A DNA stretch of 64,000 nt from Azolla caroliniana (taxonomy: Eukaryota; Plantae; Polypodiophyta), in assembly GCA_043228905.1 (NCBI GenBank), contig JBHGNT010000018.1:4836001-4900000 (forward strand), in the 5' to 3' direction. Made by a program: the position numbers and the translations under genes. Every line of letters begins with the position of its first letter. Within the stretch, counting starts at the first letter, position 1. Shown here in pieces: positions 11,569-25,123 of the stretch. The notes beneath the pieces were generated by a model, which saw nothing but the letters and a program-made list of their open reading frames with translations, ran no database searches and was not told the DNA's origin.

Positions 11569-14500
11569 ATGACTCGCATCTACTTCACCCCCACCAAACC
11601 CAAACCTCACATCCCATTAGCCAAAGGAGGAGGAGCAGCTTCTCTGCAGAAAAGAAATCACAACAAAGACACTGAATCTGTAAAACCCAACCACAATGGC
11701 ACTCATCACAACACCAGAAACCCTAATAACACTAGCAGCAGCAGTAATCACAATAACCGTAATAGTCTCAATCCTTCCGCGATCGAACAGATCGCCGATG
11801 GCCTCGAGAAAATGGTCCGTTCGTGGAGCCACCCGCATCAATACGTTGTTTCCAACCACTTCCGATGCACTGATCTTATAATCGAGAATTCTGGTAATAG
11901 TAATGGCGTTGTTACTGATGGTGACAGTGAGGCAGTAAATCAATATGCTGGTCAGGAAGGCAATGCTAGCTTGATTTCTTCGGATACTGTTAAATCAGCT
12001 ACTATGGAACTGCATGAAGATGGTGAGTTCTCTATAGGAACTAAGGAGACCACAATTAGCTATATACATCAAAGAGATCTGCATCATCAACAACATCATC
12101 CACAACATCATGTACACAATGTGCATCATCATATACATAATCCACATCATCACCACCAACAACAACATTTTCAACAAACCCGAATCGTAGATGTAAGTGA
12201 TGAAAATGATGGATTTTTACATGAGGTATTGGGAGGAAGAGGAGGAGACAATGTTGAGAATAGACTGTTGAGTATACAAAACGGTCAGTCATGTGAGGCT
12301 ATGGATAGTTACCCTTCAATGGGAAATGGTATATGGTACCTTAACCCACCCCTCATGACGCCTAATACTGCAATTTTCTCTGCAAAAGAGCACGAAAATT
12401 GTGATACATGTCAAGCAAGTATGTGTGATGATGACGGTGATGTTAATAATGGGAGAGCTGATTTACAAAGACAAAATGTTAAGGTTGGTTCGGGTTGTCT
12501 TCTCCAAGAAAAAAGAAGGAAGAAACCTGAGAAGCTATCTTGCAAACTTGAGGTCGGTGACACCAACACTTGGAGTGAGACTGTTGAGATCAATGGTATG
12601 TATATTTATTCATATTATTATTCTTATCGTTTTTTTGGTTTAAACAATCTATATGGAAATTAGTGATATATAAAATACTTGATTTTATGCTAAGAATGGT
12701 TTCAAATATATGGATGACATTGTTGTGACGAATTTTATGGAGTGTGCATAATACTTTTGACTATGTCTGCTTTTGGACAATTATGATCTGGTATATTAGC
12801 GGCTGGTTTGATATCATCTTGTTTCGTTTCACCAGTCTTTACATGATGATGTTTGTATGCTAATTATATATTACATAGATGAATCACATAGGCGATTGGC
12901 TCATTGCATGGTGTCCATCGCAACCTAATGGTCTTGTGTATTGATACCAAATAATGGTAATGGTCCTGTACCTATAGATTATAACAATGTGGACCATGGA
13001 TCTGATCCATGAGTCATCATCTGTCTATCACATAATTCTAAACTATGTAAAATATGAATGATTAATGGATCCCATACATGCATCCGATCCATTACTTGTA
13101 TAGAATAAACTAAATCATGTCTTTGGTGCACTATAAACCACACAAGAAATGGATGATTAGTGGATGTATCAGGTTCATTAAATCATCCATTCATCATCAT
13201 GCACCTACTAGAAGGATGTTCCAACAACTTCTGAGTGTTTTTTGTTTTCTGCTTCAATAGGGGGAAGCAAGATTAAAGAATTGCTCGGTAAGAAACTGAC
13301 AACGAGCAGCAATGACATGGGTTCCATTCAAGTATGCCACTACATACACATTGTTGTATAAGACCACATATATTGTTTATAAGTTTACATATTTGTTTTA
13401 TATAAGCTTAATTGGTTTGATTACATTATGTTGATAGGGAACAAACACACCAGATTTGGAGTATTATAAGAAGAAGGTAGAGGAGCTTCAAATTGCTTTA
13501 TTAGAATGTGCCATGGAGTATGAAGTGAAGGTAGATTCTTTGTTTAGTAGTTGCAATCAACATGGAAATATGAGAAATTCCATGTGTTCTTATATTACAA
13601 AAACAAAATGGCTATATAGATTGTGGAGATGAAGATGGAGGCTTTGCAAACAAAATCTCATGAACAACGGATTGAACCCTCAAAAGAGAAGGTAAGATTG
13701 AGTGATAAGAAGCCACCAACGGGTATATATGTGTATGTGTGTGCACATTGATCTTAGTAAACATGTGTTTATCGATATTGATCTATACGTATGTACAAAT
13801 GTATGTTTGTTTTTATGCATGTATAATCTACATTTATATACGCATAATTCTTTTCTATGATCATTCCGCACAAGGAGGTGGCAATGGTTTTATTCTCAAC
13901 TAATCTGTACTAGCATTAGGATGCTGAAAACAGTCGTAAAGGAAATCGACATGAGGCTCAGAGAGTGGAATACCTCAAGAAACAACTGTCCCGATTACAG
14001 CATGAGAAAGCGATGTCAGCTCGGCAGCTCGGTGATCTCCGGAAAAGAGAGAGGTCTGGAAATGTTTCTCGGAATGTTTGATCATCGCTGGAAAACAAAG
14101 AAACATCCCTAACTTTTTTTGGATATTTGTTAGAATACCCCCTAAATTAAACACACTTACCAGTATATCGCGGTGCTGGACAAGAAATGAGAACTTAAGA
14201 GGCATTCTTTTAAAACACTAGCAAAGCAGAGACTAACCATAAGGGCATGCTGGTAATTTTGAAACTTGGGGGGTATTCTGGTAAATATCCCAAAAGCTAG
14301 GGATAATTTTTTGTCTTCTTTGATCAAGCATTACATCATGGGTGATTTGCACATTACCTCATTAACTATAGGCAGTGTATTGTGACCATCATCTACCGAT
14401 TTTGCTCTTTTTAAGTTGTGCATGACTTAAAAACCTTTACAGGCAATTTGATTTGCAGCGCCGAAGCTTAGATGATGCATTGTGCCGAGTTAACTTCCTT

Positions 14501-14995
14501 CAGAGGTAAAAGGCTAAATAAACATCACCTTTACAGTCTCATCATATATATATGCGGAAATGATCCTTTTCTTGGTAAACTTTCAAAAATAGCCTCCTAA
14601 TTGGATTGGTCTTACACAAAAACCGATCTTACCTATGCCCTTGTTCCGAAAGATCTATATAATTCATATGAGGTAGCTATTCTGTGATAGGCAATTAGAC
14701 ATTTGGTGCATGCATACAAGCTAAATGAGATTTCTGTAGAATATTTCTCGGGAAATGAGAGTTCATTATTTCTTATTATTGATAGTATCACAATTGTTGT
14801 AGTGAACTTGCCAAGAAGGAGCAAGACATTCTGGATTGCCAGTTGAGAGAAAAAGAGGCCAAGGCTCAGCTCTATGAGCTTCAATTAGGTCTACAAAAGG
14901 CACAAGCGGCCCAAATCGAGCCTCGGAAATTGCTAACGCTCCTCCCTGCATTGAAAGATTGGATACATTCTACAAAAAAGGTTGAAAATGCATAA
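11569..14995 (+). CDS. Uncharacterised protein: long low-complexity Asn/His-rich N-terminus plus C-terminal coiled coil (7 exons)
   Basis: Exons 11569-12595, 13261-13331, 13438-13530, 13620-13691, 13920-14053, 14443-14505, 14803-14995 join in frame with GT-AG introns (DLEYYKKKVEELQIALLE..., RVEYLKKQLSRLQHEK..., ELAKKEQDILDCQLREKEAK...). The 3' end is uncertain because of a possible donor at 14981. Confidence 0.75.
14090..14320. mobile_element. MITE-like element in intron 5
   Basis: ~55-bp imperfect terminal inverted repeats (atccctaacttttt.ggatattt..agaatacccc / ggggtattct..aaatatcc.aaaagctagggat). Confidence 0.6.
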
Positions 14996-16881
14996 TTTAA
15001 GGGTCACTAATTTGTTTCCTGATGATGGCTTTTTGTTATCTAGATATGGTGTTTATGCTCATCATTAGTAGCTTGATTGATCCCAGGGGCCTGACAATCC
15101 ATCTGATCACAACCCTCCGATTGACAACATTGTTTATGCTATTACAAAGGAAATCCAGATGCTTCAAAGTGCACTCTCTCATATTTCAAACAGAGCATGA
15201 AGAAAAGAAGTTAAAGTCTAGTCCTTAGAATCTTTATCAGTGTTCGAGCAAACCCTCGAGACCTTTTTGTGTAATTGTGTATTCTAGCATCCCTTAAGAG
15301 ATATGGTGTAAGCTTGAAATTAACGAAAAAAGGTTTGTAAACTTGTCACAAGTGATCGATTGCCATGGGTGATGAAATCTGCTAATAGTCATTATTTAAA
15401 AGATTGGTCATTACCATTTTTTTCAAAACAATTCGTAAAATTAAGGCCAAAAGGATAATTGTATATGATAGGTTTCAATGAAAGAACACTGTATTAAAAT
15501 TGAGGGAGCCAAAACTTGAGTGTAATATTAATAATGTCTCTTAAAAACATAAAATTGCCTATAAAATCAAAATTTACAACCATCATTATGGACGATACGA
15601 ATATTCGATATAAAGATTAGCCAATGTATGGAGGTGCAACTACGAAACCCCAAAATTGGCATCTAAGGCTGAATATATGTAGAGATTCAAAATCAGAAAC
15701 GATACAAAATTCACTCTTGGATATAAAAACATTGGTATGTATGAGATGTTTTATTATGTCTCTAGTTAGATGTGTATTGTTCTTAGGGTAGAACAATTAT
15801 GAGATTTAGTATAATGATCCAATCTCACAAAAAATATATAGCTAGTTCTAGCCATAAGTAGTTAGTGGGCCTGGAATGAAATACATGGGTGGGGATGAGA
15901 AGGTAGCATGGAAATTGTAGGGTTGCAACCACCATAGTAGGTGCAATATTGGATATGATCTCTACATTCTACTTGTGATGGAACCTAGGGGCGCTTTGCC
16001 TTGGAGGGTTGTCTCTAAGCTCTAACTGATTGTGCTTGTAGTTGGGAAACCTTACTATGTGCCACTATGGGTGGAGATGTTGCTCTACAAAATAAATATG
16101 TATGGTGCTACATGTCCAACCTTAGTTCAATTGTGGTATGTATCAATTCATCTAGCATGTAGATGTCCAAGTTGTGACATTACAAATTGAACCCATTAGC
16201 TAAAAGTCTCATGATGTCATTTCAAAATATAATATCTTCTAAGAGAGCACTCTAGGTTTGGTCAAGTCTCCATTATGTAAAGTTCACAAAGTAGTATGGG
16301 GCAACATAGACGATAAAACCTATGATAAGAATGCTTTTTATATAGCCAAGTGCTCTCTCATACCCTCTTTATCTAGCATGAGTTGAACTCAACCTCAAAC
16401 ACTTAACCACATAATGTAGCCATTGTTGGTGGATCACTTACCATAGGTCGGGAATAACTCTTGCTACAATTCCTAGAATGAAGAAGACAAAGCTTGAAGG
16501 TAAAGTGGTTCAAATGGTAGCGTAGAAATATTGGGGTTGGCCTATGGATCTCTTGATAACATTGTGCATAACCTTGTCATGGTAGTGGGTCCTCAATAGG
16601 GGCAAGAGGAGGACGTGGCTTTCATTTTTAATTGATTATGTGGTGGATATCAAGTTCTTGTGCCTCCACAAAGGCATATATTGTGACCTACTCATGAGTA
16701 GCCTTTGTTTATCATTTTTTGGCCTTGTAACTTGCTCTAGAGCAAGCATTCATTTGTCATGGGACATAGACTATAGGGAAGGGAGAAGGGCAAAAGTCTA
16801 TGGGAGGGACCTAATTGACGAGGTGTAAAGGACGTTTACTAGTATTTGGTTGATTAGTGTGGACAATAGTTGACAATAGAA

Positions 16882-16954
16882 GATCCTATTGCCCAAAGGA
16901 TAAGGCACTGGTCTACGAAACCAAAGATACTAGGTTTGATCCCTAGTAGGATCG
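16882..16954 (+). pseudogene. tRNA-Arg(ACG)-like, probably a pseudogene
   Basis: Acceptor stem GATCCTA/TAGGATC; T-stem CTAGG/CCTAG; anticodon loop CT-ACG-AA. T-loop is mutated (TTTGATC) and there are mismatches in the D and anticodon stems. Confidence 0.75.
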
Positions 16955-17422
16955 GTTAGGATTAGGTTCCTCTTCTTGAGAATGGAAACACAACAATGGC
17001 AAAGTACTCGGCAATGTTATGCAATCAATACATGCATGTATTGGGGAAGGGCTAATATTATGTATTTGAATGTAATCATCAATCACAACGATGCCGTTTA
17101 GATATTTTTAATGCACATTCTCTCAAGGGAACATATGAACAATGCCTTTCTTGGTTGGGCTCGTCGTGCTCTTGTTTGGCGCCTAGTTGTTGTATGCTAT
17201 GTATTTGAATGTAGTCGTCAACAAGGATGACATCGTTTAAAATTTAGAAACAATATACACGAAGGCCCCCGAAACAAAAGGACTTTAACTTGTTAGAATT
17301 AGAATTAGAATTGTCCATAAAGAGGCCAATTTTGATCTATGGGACTAGAGTATACATGTGTTCTTGATATGTGTCTCCTTCCTAAAAAGGGGTATTTATA
17401 CATTTAACTAATAGTTAATTGA

Positions 17423-17494
17423 TTAAAGAGCCAAGTTTTGATCCTTGGACCTGCGGGTTATGGGCCCACCACGCTTCCACCACGCCACTCTGAT
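17423..17494 (-). pseudogene. Degenerate tRNA-iMet(CAT) copy
   Basis: Reverse complement reads ATCAGAGTGGCGTGGTGGAAGCGTGGTGGGCCCATAACCCGCAGGTCCAAGGATCAAAACTTGGCTCTTTAA; D-arm, T-arm and acceptor are damaged. Confidence 0.85.
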
Positions 17495-18119
17495 TTTGAC
17501 AACAATTGAACTTGTTCCCTTATAGTACATGAGTCGAGGCCTTACCATTAATATTTTGATGGGTTGAGGCAAAATGGGTGAAGCAAATGGCATTAGAAAG
17601 TCTAACATTGTCTTTGTGAGATCTTTGATTTGATCCCATAGCATGGTTGAAGTTCTACCTTTCATTGCCTTGGGGCATGGAATTTCTTCTCAACAAATCT
17701 GGTGATCCTAGTGTGTAAAGCTATCAACAAAATACATATCACATGGTCTCCCGCCTACTAGAGCAGAGTGGAACAGGAAGAAAATCGTAAGAATTGTGCT
17801 TATTCAAAAGAAATAGGTATTAGAACTTAATTCATTGCAATTTAAGATTGATGCATGGAGATAGAGAAGGGTAGGACAAAAGATGTGCTAGGGAGGGTAC
17901 GAAAATAAGAAAGGATTTGGTCAATTGGTGTGGAGCATTTGGGGCCCTTGGTATAGTCAAAATATACATATGAATTTGATGGCTTGAAATACACATAAAA
18001 TGGAAGAGCATACATATGTGAAATGAGTTACTGTCTCTTATATATATATATATATATATCAAATATATTTTCTATGGAATAACAATAAATAAACATTTAA
18101 AAAGAAATCTGACATCAAA

Positions 18120-18191
18120 ATCAGAGTGGCGCAGCGGAAGCGTGGTGGGCCCATAACCCACAGGTCCGAGGATCGAAACCTCGCTCTGATA
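18120..18191 (+). tRNA. Initiator tRNA-Met (CAT)
   Basis: Matches plant tRNA-iMet (A1:U72, GGG/CCC anticodon stem, T-loop ATCGAAA), with a compensatory CGAGG/CCTCG T-stem, an upstream CAA and a downstream T-run. Confidence 0.96.
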
Positions 18192-19824
18192 AAATTTTCC
18201 TTTTGCAGGGTTCTTATGTTTCAAATCCTTTGCATTGTTTTAATTTTAATTTCAATTTCATTTTATTCCATCCATCTATCTTGCAGCATAAGCACTTTCC
18301 TTTTTTTCCCACCCCTTCCCGAAACCCTAATTTTTACTTCTAGTTTTTTATCTCTTATCCCTTCCTATGCATTTCACAATTTGCATTTGGGTTGTTCACA
18401 TCCCCGTGAGCTAATTGCAACTTCAACAAACTCTATACAGCTTGAAAATGATCTTTGATTTACCGACTGGTGGGCTCCATAATTGTAAATTCCGAATCAC
18501 AAATATTACTCATCACAACCTGAATTCGGGTTTTGGTAGCCTAAGGATTTTGGCACATTGTGAGCTCTTTTTGCAGCTATTACTCTCCATTGATTTGCCT
18601 TTCTAAACATTGAAAATGATTAATTTCTACAAACTAACTGCTAAACAACCTTAAATTTGGCCCAATACAGTTAAATGCTACATCAATTGTGTGGATGTAT
18701 ATATACACACACATATATATACATGGATGAATGCAACCAGTGACACTCAAATGAGAGCATTGTCTCTATGATGAGTTGATGAGCGCTTAGACTAGAAAAT
18801 ATGACCAATTGTGATTTGCGAGAAAATGTGTTCTCGTTTGCTAAAATGCCAATTGCGTTTTTCAGCCAGAAATGTATGTATATTGACTAAAACTCCTACC
18901 TATGAGTATGTCTGTAGAAATCTCCACAAGATATTTGTTTTGAGTTTAGAGTTTCTGTTGTTGAGAAGGAAAACTCAACGCTGATTAGTAAAGAAAATGA
19001 TTGCACGAGGAGATTATTCATTCGATGATATTCTTAGATTTTGTGCATTCATGTCGGAAACCATATCGTTTGAAGGTATTATTACAACCCACTAGTCAAC
19101 AGGATCCAAAATCTCGCTCTGACGTAAAGCCTACTTTCTATGCTTTCATTTTTCTCCATCTTTTGATACTTCATTTACTGTACTTGATTTTCTTCAGATC
19201 TAGGTTACCTTCTTTTATGGCTTAGATTTGCTTTACTATTTGTTGACATTTTGAAAATGCACCGACTTATCGTAAAAACAATTTATGGTTCTTTTTTAAT
19301 GGTCCTAATTCTGATGCAGAATGGATTAATCCCATATTTACTTCAAGGATCGTTATGTTCCTCATCCCGTGCTAAATTTCTTTCTATTACAATCAAACAT
19401 TGAGAGGATATGAAATGTTCATGTCTAAACCCTAAACCCTAAACCTAGGGTAGAAAGTCTAGACTCATTGCTTTCCATGTGTGAAGGAGTTTTCCACAAA
19501 GTCTAACTTCCTGAGCTAAAAAGATTGAAGAGTTATTGCTCTGTATGATATGTGGCTATTCTTTCATGAGACAAATTCCTTCTCAAGGATGCAATCATGA
19601 AGGAAATATGACACATGTCAATGCATCCTTGAAAAAGGTTAACATATATCATCAATGCATTCATGAATTAAAGATAAGACATATCAATGTATTAGGCACA
19701 AAAGAATGTAATGAAGGACACCAAGCAAATTAGTAAAAAAAATACACAAAAATAAAGGGAACTACAAAAAACATGATCACAAAAACAGTAATTAATTGCA
19801 GTGCTAATCAGAAATTTATTTCAA

Positions 19825-21263
19825 TCATGAAGGAGGGTGTTCTATATACAGTTGTACATCAAGAGGTTTGCAGGTCATGGATTTGATTGGTGTGATCATA
19901 GGTGGCTGGTCCCAAAACTTGGCTTCAGCTGGTACCCACATATGACCTCTCCCATCTGCATCCCCCGGTAGTTTCTTTGAGAACATAACTATCTCCCATG
20001 AAGTCTCTGCAGCACAAAAAAACATTTCTGCCATGTCCCACAAAGCTATAAAAATCTTTAAACCCTTTTTTTTCTCAGGAGAGAACCAGCAAAAAGCAGC
20101 TCATTTTTTATGAAGCATTGTGACCTTAAACTATATGTGCATATACATTACATTCGTAAGAACATAAACGCATACATCAAACATCCCATCTTTGTGTGCA
20201 TATGCATCTATCCCAAGTATGTACATCAATAATACATACTGATGAACACAGACAAACACATCGACACATAGTATTTATTTGTGCAAACACGAACATATGT
20301 GTTTTATACCTGGCATTAAAGTTTTAAGTAAAGTCCATGATCAGTAAGAGTGGAATGAACCTGGTGGCAAAGTTCGCAAAAGGGGAGCTGAAACAGAAAG
20401 TTTGAGGAAGAATGCTCGTAACGCGTACCCGATTTCTGTTACTGGTAAGTGATCATCGATATGCTCCGGATGAACTCTTACTTGGAATGTGAATTTCTCA
20501 AAGACTTGATTACCTTTGTCTTTGAAGACCACGGCAAGCTTTTCCACAAAACCCTAAGTACAAGAGAAAACAAACAATTGGTTACCCTAACCATAAAGAA
20601 GAACATAGAGATAATCGACATGAATCGCAGGGAAAAAAACCTGTATACACACATTCTGAATCCAAGGCAAGGCACTGGAGATACTCGAATTTATGTATTC
20701 TCTTAAATCCGGATGTCTTGGCCATTGAACAGGAACATTCAGATATCTTCTTCTCTCGAAAACCTCTGTGTCAAAATATAAGTTGTTGTTCCAACCCTAA
20801 GTATGGTTATAATAAAGATTTCCAATCGATAAAGCGTAATCATGAAGTAAAGAAGGGGAAGGGGGGGGGGGGGGGATTGGGGAAATATGCAATAACAATG
20901 ACAAGAAAAGATGTAATTGATACATCTCTCATTCTCGCTGCCTTCCTGTGTAAATTAATTCAAAAACCAATAAGGATGAATGAAAGAGAAAACAGACAAA
21001 ACCTGATGGATAAACCCCTCTGACAGACAGCAACAGAGTGATGGAAACTTGAAGAAACTCCCCAAGCAAGGAAGCCATTTCATCTGGATGTTTTTTTTTG
21101 TTTGTTTGTTTTGTTTCTCAAAAAGCAAGTGAGCCACATATGTTGAATACATATACATATACACAACACCAAAAAAAAAGAACATTTGCAAGGGAAGAAT
21201 GAGAAGAAGAAAAAGGAAGAGAGAGGTTCAACCTGAGGGAGACAGTTGGCGGTTGCGATCCAT
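19825..21263 (-). CDS. REV7: DNA polymerase zeta accessory subunit REV7 / MAD2L2 (HORMA domain)
   Basis: Exons 21263-21233, 21083-21003, 20765-20653, 20553-20361, 20006-19825 give MDRNRQLSPSDEMASLLGEFLQVSITLLLSVRGVYPSEVFERRRYLNVPVQWPRHPDLREYI...ALRAFFLKLSVS...PPMITPIKS...VQLYIEHP, co-linear with plant REV7. Confidence 0.93.
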
Positions 21264-21405
21264 GGAGCAGGCTGAAAAGGATCAACAGAAGAAGCTTTTA
21301 AACCCACATAATTAGTTGCCTCCTTTCTCCTTCTTGTTGGGCGATGGAGTGAAGTGACTGACTGATTCATTACATCTCTCTGTCTGTCTGTCTTCACCCT
21401 TGAAC

Positions 21406-21828
21406 TAACAATCTGCAACGGTTCGGTTCGAGAGGGTCAAAACCGAACCGGATTGGAACCGAACCAGTTAAAATTTTTTTAACCTGAACCGAACCACGAA
21501 ACTGTTAAACCGCGGTTTCGGTTTTCACTTAGGTCAAATTTTAAATTTTAAATATTTCATTTTTTTAAAAATTTTTTAAATTTTAAAGATGTTCGTAAAT
21601 ATGTGAGAATAAGGTCTAAAAATGAAAAATGAAAAGATTGTTTAAAAACAATTTTTAAAACAATTTTAAAATAAAATAAAAATAAAAAACCGTTAAACCG
21701 CAATTTCTAACTGTTGAAACCAAACTATTAAAAAAAACCTAAACCTGAACCAAACCAATTTGTTTTAACTGTTAAGTTGCGGTTTTTGTGGTTCGGTTCG
21801 GTTCAAACCGAACCGTTGCCAATTGTTA
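21406..21828. mobile_element. Non-autonomous hAT-like MITE immediately upstream of REV7
   Basis: TIRs taacaatctgcaacggttcggtt / aaccgaaccgttgccaattgtta; many subterminal AACCG repeats; imperfect 8-bp flanks ccttgaac / ctcttgac. Confidence 0.8.
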
Positions 21829-21878
21829 CTCTTGACTCTATTTCTATGATAGGAATGCTATACATACATACGTCGTTG

Positions 21879-22120
21879 TTAGAACACATTCCATTAGAAG
21901 CGTTTGATTGGCCATACTTTTAGAACGCCTTCAATTAGTAGCGTTTGATCGTCCATACTTTTATAATACGTCCAATCGCCCCATATGTACTTACTTACAA
22001 CACATTTGATCACAAGTGTTCAATTGGCCATACTTTAGAACACAATTCTATTAGAAGCATTCGATCGGTCATAATTCTAGAAACACGTTTGATCATAAGT
22101 GTTCGATTCGCCATACCTCC
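21879..22120. repeat. Degenerate ~41-bp minisatellite (~6 units)
   Basis: Recurrent ttagaacac...ttagaagcgtttgattggccatact units. Confidence 0.7.
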
Positions 22121-24044
22121 TCATATGCCCATCATGATACATACATACATACATGCGGAAATATACATGTGTTTGTGTTTGTAAGAATAGAATAGATGTT
22201 CTATAGCCCATGACGAGGCAAATCTTGACCTATGGGACCAAATCAACATGTCGTCTTGTATATGTGACCCCTTCCTCAAAAAGGGGGTTATTACTGTGGA
22301 GTAAAAAATTCTCCCTATTGGGAAAATAATGCATGCACATATGTGCCCACCCTTCTTGGTGGAAATTTGAGCACGTGCCTGAATCAATCCTTACCCGAAG
22401 AAGATGAGCTAGTTTGGGATGATGGAAGTGCATATCTGGAAACTTGTTTGGATCAGTTTGCTCCCATGGTTGTATAAGTATGAGCATTAGCGTGGTTATG
22501 TGGTGGATTGTGTATTTATGGACTCATCGGGCTTTTGGCAGTATGGAATGACAAGACTTCAAAGATGCCTTATGTTGCAAAGAAATTTCCCTACAATAAC
22601 CTTCGAGTTGAGCTTTGTGAAAAGCCTTGAATCATTATAAAAAATTGTGTTGTAGTGTTCATGGAGCTTCATGTATGATTAGGATGCTATCAATAAGAGT
22701 ATTTGGTGTTTGATACTACCATTGGCAAGACATACAATTCCTCAGACCAAAGAGAGATTGACATTAGGAGATACAAATTTTATCAAACTTGTTAAAAAGA
22801 TCAAACAATGGCATGCCATCACATTTGGAGTGTTTGGCCTATTGCAAGATACCAAAGGGTGTTTTTACTACCCTTTTGAAGAAGATTTTCGACCCTTAGA
22901 TCAATTCACGTATCATTTAGAGAGATGTTTAGAATTCTATCTATAGAAGATTCACGTACATATATGTTTTCCATGAGAGAGTGGAGCCACCCATGGAGGT
23001 ACTACTGCCCAATGACAGATCATGGACTTCTTCAGAGGGATCACACATAAACTCCTTGACGACACCATGCACAATGGCACATCCACACCATCCTCCTTGG
23101 GGGAACCTAGATGATAGAATCAACCAACTAGATTGTTCTCATCAACCTCTAATGCACGGTTTTGCACCATTTAGAACAACTACATTGATGGATCTAGACC
23201 ATCATCATATGTCACCAAGCACGCTCAAGCATCTTTTACCATGGAGGATATTGAGATTGTTATTCTAGAGAGACCACCGGGGATCTCATGAAATGAGTTC
23301 CACTGATCTCTATGTTAGTAGTGGGGTCACCATCCTCTTCGTTTATGTTTAAGGATTTAAGTTTTTTTATGTAAAAGAACTATAGGAAAAGTTTCTTTAC
23401 CATAGAAATGTTTCTTTTCTCCTTTTGTTTTGCCTTGTTATCAAACAGTGTATCATATTTCACCTTGATGTAATTTCTTTAGCTTAATAGGTCATTATGG
23501 CCTTTCAAAGATGCCATGGATCTAGGTTAACTTCAATCATTCCTCAACAATGAGCTTTATGTACTTGGATAGGATATGGTGGATGTATTATTCTATTTCA
23601 TTTTTCTCACTCCTTTTGAATCATTATCAGAGGATTCCCTACATTGTTTTCCATGGCAAGAAGCCATTTTTGCATGGGAATTTTCAATACAAGTAGCAAT
23701 CAACAACAATTATGTTTGAGTCGAGCCAAACTACATAAACCACGGCTTAATGGCTTAACGGTTTAAATGGTTCAAATTGGTTTTGTTCCAGTTTGAATAT
23801 TTGTAAACAGTTCGGTTTTATTCAAGTTTGAATATTTATGAATGGTGTGTTTTGGGGGTTCAACGGTTTGGTTTAAGCCTTTATCAACTTAATTTGTTTG
23901 CACTTTAAAGAACATAACACCTAATCAACACACTAGCAAGTGAGTCTAACTAAGAGAATGGAAACTAATATAGTCCGAGACTCTTAAAATGAGAACATTT
24001 GCCACTTTAGTAAAACCCAAAGGTGGGATAATAGAGCAAATTAT

Positions 24045-24369
24045 GGTAGATATAGATATATTTGGAGGTCAAGTATGACCCCTAAGACCAAAAAATATAA
24101 CATTTTCACATGTAATACACGAGAAAGTAAGCAGTGAGTCTCAATGTTCAAGAATGTCGCAATCAAGGTGCATTATTCTGATTGTGAGAGAAATTTGTGC
24201 ACGGATTGGGTTTGGTCGAAGATGTGTGGAAAACATAGTTGGATGTGATCAAACACAAAGCATTATATCAAAGTGTGATACTAAAACACTTGAACTTGTT
24301 TAGGGCAAAGTGGGCATAGTCAATTAATCTTACCTTGTCTCACATCGTAGTGAGTGTGAGCTAAGTCAC
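24045..24369 (-). mobile_element. LINE family 1, 3' end fragment
   Basis: Reverse complement of 1250-1590 / 10772-10890 (ggaggtcaagtatgacc...tagggcaaagt). Confidence 0.75.
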
Positions 24370-25123
24370 TTTGTCTTTTTCTTTTTCCTCTAAACCTTTC
24401 TTCTTAACATTAATTTTGTCACCAATTGCAATTTTTCATGTGAGTGTGAGCTGGTTTTTTGCAATGCACTAAGACATGCTTTACTTTGCAAGATAAAACA
24501 TGTTTAAGAGACTAATGTACAACAAATGATACACAACAAATGATCAATATATCATTATGTACATACACAAGTAAAGCAAAAGCTCATTTTTTGCAATGCA
24601 CTAAGACATGCTTATTTTGCAAGATAAAAATATTTATTTTTAAGAATGACAATTAAGTGAAAGGTAAATTGGGAAATTTGAAAGACTAAATCAGTTCATA
24701 AAAAACAGAAACACACTTGTAACAACCATTAATAATTGATGTTACTATATCCCACAGCTCATAAATTCATACTCTTACTATTTTGCGCTACAATTTCATT
24801 AAATTCATCCTATTATATGCTGATAAAGATAGGAAGATAATATTTTTCAGAATCCTTTCACGAAGAATACAAAAACTTCATGGTTTGGGATAGACCTGCA
24901 AAATTAGGGGTCTAAGGCACCATGATTATTCCAAATATAGAAACAAGTGTCACGGTGGATAACTCATGTATAACAATTCCGAGTATAGTAACGGCAGCAT
25001 AACTTATAGTGAATAAGTTGTTCATACATGTATTTATATATATTTTTTCTGATAATGGATAACTTATATATAGCCAATGGCTATAAGATGTTACTTAATA
25101 ATAACACCATATACTAGCTAAAC

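Noticed and set aside
15300-16850. CpG-depleted, coding-like stretch
   Set aside because: Probably an ancient TE relic, but no recognisable motif or terminus.
19425-19450. (CCCTAAA)-like interstitial telomeric motif
   Set aside because: Only about three imperfect copies; common telo-box-type sequence.
21879-22120. Possible CRISPR-like array
   Set aside because: Units are contiguous and degenerate with no unique spacers; eukaryotic context and no cas genes.
22200-23700. Short ORFs suggesting a decayed gene or transposon
   Set aside because: No assignable domain and no consistent reading frame.
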